This document shows, piece after piece, positions 55,568 through 64,000 of a DNA stretch of 64,000 nt (its first letter is position 1; each line of letters opens with the position of its first letter). The notes beneath the pieces were generated by a model that was given only the letters and a program-made list of their open reading frames with translations, had not been told where the DNA came from and ran no database searches. The DNA lies in contig CAVYQE010000001.1 in assembly GCA_963770565.1 (NCBI GenBank), positions 320,001-384,000 of the forward strand, read 5' to 3'. This DNA comes from an uncultured Actinomycetota bacterium (lineage in GTDB: Bacteria; Actinomycetota; Actinomycetes; JAFAQI01). A program made the position numbers and the translations under genes.

Positions 55568-56177
55568 ATGTTTCTCTACTTCGATCTTGGCAACGTCGTG
55601 GCGCGTTTCGACCATCTCCACGGCTGCCGGCAGGTGGCCGAAGCGGCCGGCATTGCGCCGGAGCAAGTGCTGGCGGCAATTTACGACAGCGGTTTGGGTC
55701 GCCGGTTCGAATTGGGCGAAGTCTCCAGCGACGCGTTCCACGCGGAATTCTGCCGCGCGACGGGAACGCATCCCGAGGTGGCCGCTTTCTTTCGCTTGGA
55801 ACGACATTTTTGCCCTGAACCGGTCGTTGATTCCCGTCATCGCGGCCTTGGAAGCGGCCGGCTATCGGTTGGGAATCCTGTCGAACACGTGTGAAGCGCA
55901 TTGGCAATGGCTGCTCGCCGAGGATTACGGAGTTTTGCCCACGGCGTTTTCCGTCTTCGCGCTGAGCTTTCGGATCGGCGCCATGAAACCCGATCCGCGC
56001 ATCTATGCCAAGGCGGCCGAATTGGCCGGCGTCGCCCCCCGCGAGATTTTCTTCTGCGACGACATCGCCGGACACGTGGCGGCCGCCAACGAGGCGGGCT
56101 TCGATGCCGTTCAATACACGACCACTCCCGCGCTCGTCGCCGCCATGCGCCGCCGCGGCCTGCGCTTCAATTATTGA
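55568..56177 (+). CDS. HAD family phosphatase, frameshifted
   Basis: FDLGNV, LSNT, KPDPRIY, FFCDD. Confidence 0.88.
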
Positions 56178-56227
56178 CTCGCGACGAGAGTTCTCGCGCT
56201 CGCCGGGCTTTCCGCTCGCTCAGCCCT

Positions 56228-56403
56228 GCTGGGCCTGTCCAAGAACCGGCTTATCTTCCGGGGGGCGTTGCCCAAAGGGGGTCGGGAGTCGATTTCGCCA
56301 TGATGTCGGTTCGCACAACCGAGCGTTCAGCCGGCGAAATCGACTCCCGACCCCTTTCGCGGTGAGCATCTCTCGCCGCGGCCCGTTCTCGCGCGGCCTC
56401 CTA
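56228..56403. mobile_element. MITE-A copy (inverted)
   Basis: Same core and termini as 27911-28088. Confidence 0.7.
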
Positions 56404-56862
56404 ATGGGCCTGCATCGCGACCAGCCGCCGTTGCATCTCGTCGGCCCCGACATCTTCGATGTGCGTGCCGAGGGTCCAGGTATGTCCGAACGGGTCTTCG
56501 AGCATCCCGGAGCGGTCGCCATAGAATTGATCCTTCACCGGGCGCAATTCCTTGCCCCCCGCGGCGATCGCCTTGGGAAATTGCTCATCGACGTTTTCGA
56601 CGTAGAGCATCAGGCTGATCGGCGAGCCGCCGAGCGATTTGGGGCTGCGGGCCCTCATTTCCGGATGCTCGTCGGCGAGCATGACGACCGAATCGCCGAT
56701 CAGGATTTCGGCGTGGCCGATCTTGCCGTCGGGACCGGGCAAGCGGAGCGTCTCGATCGCCCCGAACGCCCGCTTGTAATAGTCGATCGCCGCCGTCGCG
56801 TCGTGGACGATCAGATACGGCGTCACGGAATGATAGCCATCGGGAATCGGTTTGACGGTCAT
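56401..56862 (-). CDS. VOC/glyoxalase (PhnB-like) family protein
   Basis: IPDGYHSVTPYL, AIDYYKRAFGA, DQFYGDRSG..DPFGH.W. Confidence 0.92.
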   Translation of the reverse strand: MTVKPIPDGYHSVTPYLIVHDATAAIDYYKRAFGAIETLRLPGPDGKIGHAEILIGDSVVMLADEHPEMRARSPKSLGGSPISLMLYVENVDEQFPKAIAAGGKELRPVKDQFYGDRSGMLEDPFGHTWTLGTHIEDVGADEMQRRLVAMQAH

Positions 56863-56971
56863 GAGGGATGATCTCCTGGGAATGGGGTGCCGGGCTGAAT
56901 CTCGGCGCGGGCGACGCAATCGGTATGAGGGAAAAGCTGAAACAATCGATCTCGATTCTCGCGATCGGCGA

Positions 56972-57349
56972 TCATTCGCGAGGCTCTTGGTTGACGGGCC
57001 GCTCCAGCCGGCGGAAGGGGCACCAAAAGCCGATGGCGCCGCCCAAGGCGATCATGAGCAAAGTCACCGTCCGCAAGCTGAAAAGGTGCTCGACGAAAAA
57101 GCGGAGGCTCTGATCTTTGGCAAAGGGAAACTCCAGCCATTCGGCGAAAACGCCCAAGGCGAGGGCGAACAAGCCGCACAGAATAGCGACGAAAATCGAC
57201 CGATTCTTGGTGAAGCTCGCGCCGATTCCCGCCGAGCCGCCGGGCAGAATGAGACCATACAGCCCTTGCGCGAGCAGCCATTGGAATCCGACAAGGCCGA
57301 CGGTGCCGCCGATGATTGCGCCCCCCAACGCGAGCAAATTGTGTTTCAT
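56972..57349 (-). CDS. Small membrane hypothetical protein
   Basis: Four hydrophobic segments; GAGG RBS. Confidence 0.65.
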   Translation of the reverse strand: MKHNLLALGGAIIGGTVGLVGFQWLLAQGLYGLILPGGSAGIGASFTKNRSIFVAILCGLFALALGVFAEWLEFPFAKDQSLRFFVEHLFSLRTVTLLMIALGGAIGFWCPFRRLERPVNQEPRE

Positions 57350-57498
57350 GGCCTCGCCCCGCTCGGAGATCCGCTTGCCGCGCCCTCAAGGTTAGCGGAT
57401 TCCGCGGCGAAGTTCAATTCGCACGACGGGCCGAACGGGCCGATCGCGGCAGATTCGTTGGCGACGATCTTGCCACTGCTTGGCGGCTTCCACGACTT

Positions 57499-57735
57499 CA
57501 ACCCCAACGGGGTTACGGCTCTAGCCCAGGGTTGACCGCGCCAGCGGCCTATCCTGGGTCCGAAAGGTAACAAATCCTGTTTCTTCACAACCCCAACGGG
57601 GTTGCGGCCCGCGCCGGCGTGCGACGTCGGCCGCAACCCCGATGGGGTTGAAAGGGTGTTGCGCCGATTCGAACCTAGGGTAGATTGCCTGCGGCAATCA
57701 ACCCTGGGCTAGAGCCGTAACCCCGTTGGGGTTGA
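57499..57735. repeat. REP cluster (AACCCCAACGGGGTT / AGCCCAGGGTTG)
   Basis: Multiple palindromes in inverted arrangement. Confidence 0.75.
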
Positions 57736-58631
57736 TTGCTGTCGAAACAGCCTCGGTGACCACGCCGCGCATGCCTGAGCGGGACAAAATGTGGATAAAC
57801 TTTCGAACTCTCGAAGGGCGGATTTTTCACAGCCTAGACTGGGGGCTTGTCCCCAGACCCCCAGGATTTTCAAGGCATGGCTCAGGCGTTCAATGGGGGC
57901 GGGCAGCGCGGCACTTCGTAGACCTCTATCACTCCAGACCGGCAACCCGGCCTGCTGGCACCCTTCTCGGCTCCGAAACACCGCTACACTTTCCACAAGG
58001 CGGGATGCGCAAATCCCGAGGATTTTCGCTTCACCCACTCAAAAACTCAGTACAGCCGGTTTTAGGAACACTAATCGGCGCTAATCGGCACTAATTAGCG
58101 CTAATTAGCGCTGATTAGCGCTGATTAGTGTTCCCAATCTGTCATGCCGCCATGCTTTCTCGGTTGCGGCCTGACGGCTGCGCCATGCAATCTGTGCGAC
58201 GGCAAGCCGCCAAGCAGTGCTCGTGGCAGCCGGGCGCCGCTCTGCTTGTCAGCCGCAGAACAGGCCGACTCCGAGGGCATCGACAACCTCGGCGGCTGGC
58301 AAGCAGTGGCACGAACCCCCAAGCCAGCCCCCCAACACTCCCCTTTACGGAAACGGCGGGGTTAAGGATAATGCCGTAATCCGCGGTCTGGAGGAAAGAT
58401 CGGCGAAACCGGCCGCCGCGACCGGCGGAATGAGTCGGCGGCAGTGCATAGCACTCCGCCAAGGTGCGCATTGTTCCGGCGGGCCGCGTTTCCGTACAAT
58501 TCATCCGGTCAGTACACGGCGCGCGAGCGACGAGCCGGCCGACGATCGAGAATGCCATCCGCGGAACCACGCGGCGAATCGCCGGCAGGAGGCCGATCGC
58601 TCGTCTCTAACGCTTTTGAGGAACACAACTT

Positions 58632-61531
<2,900 letters not shown>

Positions 61532-61627
61532 AGCGTTTGCTGGCCGGCCTGCGCGGCCAAAGCAGCCCGAAACGAACGCCGCCACCGACAACTGACAACC
61601 GACAACCGACAACTGACACTTCCCGCC

Positions 61628-63082
61628 ATGGCCTGAATTCAAACTGCCGGACCTTGGTGAAAACATTGCCTCGGGCGACGTCGTGAGCCTGCTGGTCAAC
61701 GAAGGAGACGTCGTCCAGGCCGCAGCAGAACGTGATCGAGATCGAAACCGAGAAAGCGACATCGCGGTCCCCTGTCCGCTCGGCGGCCGCGTGAAAAAGA
61801 TTCACGTCAAGCCGGGGGAAACCGTCAAAGTCGGCCAAGTGCTGCTCTCGCTGGAAGAAGCGGCGTCCGCTGCCATCAAGCCGCCCGCACTGGCAAACAA
61901 ACCGCCTGCGAGCAAGCCTGCAGCGAACAAGCCTGCTGCAAGCAAACCCGCTGCGAGCAAGCCCTCCGTCCACGCAGACCAAGCCGCCAAGCCGCAGCCC
62001 GCCAAAGCGCCGGCCAAGCCCGAGCCGACTCAGGCCAAGCCCCGTCCTGCCGCGGCCCCCGAGCGCTCCGCCGCGCCATCGGCGGCCAGGCATGGCAACG
62101 GCCGCTCCGCCGAGCCGATCCCGTCGCGGGCCGCTCCGTCGATGGCCGCGCTGGATCTTGAAGAGGCTGCCGGCCCGGAGGCGGCCCCCGCCGCGCCGGC
62201 CGGTCCCGCCGTGCGCCGCTTGGCTCGCGAACTCGGCGTGGAACTCTCCCACGTCGCGCGGCACGGGGCCCGACGGGCGGATCCTCCGCGAGGACGTGAT
62301 CGCGGCCGTCCGCCATGCGACCGGCAACGCCGCGGCGTCCGCCGGCCGACTCCCCGAGGCGCAGGATCGCGACGCCTGGGGGCCGATCCGCCGCGAGTCG
62401 CTCCCCAAGATGCGCAAGACGATCGCGACCAACATGGTCCGCTCGGCCTTCACGATTCCGCATCTGACGAATTTCGACGACGCCGACATCACCGAACTCG
62501 AGCGAATTCGCAAAGGGAGCGTCGCCGACTACGCCGGCTCGCACGTCAAGCTCACCTCGCTCGTCTTCGTGATGAAGGCGGTCGCCCTGGCCCTCAAGCA
62601 GAATCCGCTGCTCAACGCCTCGCTCGACATGGAAGGGGGCGAAATCATTTACAAGGATTACGTGAATCTCGGGATCGCCGTCGACACCGAGCGCGGGCTG
62701 GTCGTGCCGGTCGTGCGCGACGTCGACAAGCTGACGATCTCCGCACATCGCCCAATCGCTGACCACTCTGGCCGAACAGGCCAAGGCCACCCGCTACACG
62801 CTCGACGATCTCCGCGGCGGCTCGTTCACGATCAGCAATTTGGGCGCGATCGGCGGCACCTATTCCACGCCGATCATCAACTATCCCGAGGTCGCGATCC
62901 TGCTGGTCGGCCGCTCGCGGAAGCTGCCGGTCGTCGTCGAAGATCGGATCGAGCCGCGGCTGATGATGCCGCTGAGCCTATCCTACGACCACCGCCTGGT
63001 GGACGGCGCCGCCGCGGCCCGGTTTTTGAACGACGTGATCGCCTACTTGCAATCGCCGGGCCGGCTGCTGCTCGCGCCGTGA
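61628..63082 (+). CDS. aceF: Dihydrolipoamide acetyltransferase (PDH E2); frameshifted
   Basis: Lipoyl domain ETEKA, PAVRRLARELGV, LSYDHRLVDG. Confidence 0.9.
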
Positions 63083-63308
63083 ACCTGCTCGCCATTTACC
63101 GAAGACGACATTGTTGAGATCGTCGTTACGCACGATCAATGGGATTTCGGCCGAGAGAAATAGGCGGCCAACAGAGGCCGGAATACCCCGTTTTTGCCCT
63201 GACCGAAGGTTTCCCGGTCCCGATTCGAAATAGCCCGCCACTTGATTCCACTGTTTGCAACCGCGAGAATAATCGAAATGTCGTTTACTTTGGAACGGGA
63301 AATCCAGG

Positions 63309-63540
63309 ATGTCCATCGCGACGCTTGAAATACGAGTGGCGACTCTCGAAAAACAGGTCCGAGAGTTGCTCGCCAACGGCGGTCGAGGGCCGCGGGCCAA
63401 GGATTGGCGCCGCACTCGCGGAGCCTTTACCGGCGACGATCTCATGCGGCAGGTTTTCGAAGAAGGCCGCAAAGCGGCGCGAATCGCAAAGAAAGGCGGT
63501 CAAGCCTTCAACCCGAAAGAAACGGCAAGCCCGTCCATGA
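63309..63540 (+). CDS. Putative antitoxin preceding a PIN-domain remnant
   Basis: TLEIRVATLEKQV..KDWRRT.GAF..DD; likely frameshifted, true stop probably overlaps the ATG at 63537. Confidence 0.45.
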
Positions 63541-63715
63541 TCCTCCTCGATACCGATCACCTTTCGGTTTTCATGGACGAACGCGATGCTCGACATGGAC
63601 CGCTGAATACACGCATGGAAGCCGCGACCGAGCGGGTTGCACGCACGATCGTGAGCGCAGAGGAAATGCTTCGCGGGTGGTCAGCCGCTATTCATCGCCT
63701 GCGTGAGGAATCCAA
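63537..63715 (+). pseudogene. Truncated VapC/PIN toxin
   Basis: MILLDTDHLS..TIVSAEEMLRGW, then similarity to PIN domains stops. Confidence 0.6.
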
Positions 63716-63761
63716 AATCACGCGCAGCCCTCCGCTGCATCTCACCTCCGAAAGGCTCGCT

Positions 63762-64000
63762 ATGCTTCGCTCATGCTCCGTCGTCCGTGCCGCGTGTTTC
63801 GTCCTGCTGTCGCTGGCGGCGACGGCGCTCTGTGCCGAGCAGTACAAGTTCGGGCCCGATTCGCAGCGCCACGAGGGGGTGCCGCGCGGCGTGGTGGCCA
63901 AGCATCTGTGGAAGAGCAAAATTTTCGCCGGCACCGTTCGCGAGTATTACGTCTATGTGCCCAAGCAATACGATCCGGCGAAGCCGCCGCCGTGATGGTG
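63762..64000 (+). CDS. Enterochelin esterase-like alpha/beta hydrolase; partial
   Basis: Signal peptide; GPDS..EGVPRG.V..SKIFAGTVREYYVYVP.QYD. Confidence 0.75.

Noticed and set aside
61870-62060. KPAAS tandem repeats in PDH E2
   Set aside because: Ordinary Ala/Pro/Lys linker of dihydrolipoamide acyltransferases

Overview
This is a GC-rich bacterial window. Its gene content (a DUF1559/H-X9-DG protein, planctomycete-type cytochrome c and hypothetical proteins) points to a Planctomycete, probably Pirellulales-like. Many 1-bp frameshifts, including in guaB and aceE, look like long-read indel errors. Positions ~2.0-27.9 kb hold an almost entirely co-oriented phage-morphogenesis cluster: ParB-like, ABC-ATPase/GNAT, terminase, portal, protease/scaffold, decoration, major capsid, connectors, tail tube and chaperone. 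I see no integrase, replication genes, repressor or tape measure, and host REP/MITE elements fill most intergenic gaps. That fits a domesticated, gene-transfer-agent-like element. Two of its transcription units carry copies of the same covarying leader-RNA/terminator motif, and one copy directly follows a leaderless 60-aa DUF2292-like gene. Two of its promoters share a palindromic operator. A nine-unit ~297-bp non-coding tandem array with an internal 201-bp MITE interrupts the tail region. The rest of the window (29-64 kb) is ordinary chromosome: MacAB, epimerases, glycerate kinase, S9 peptidase, guaB, Ser/Thr kinase and PDH E1/E2, with many REP and nested MITE elements. All product calls come from motif recognition, not database searches.
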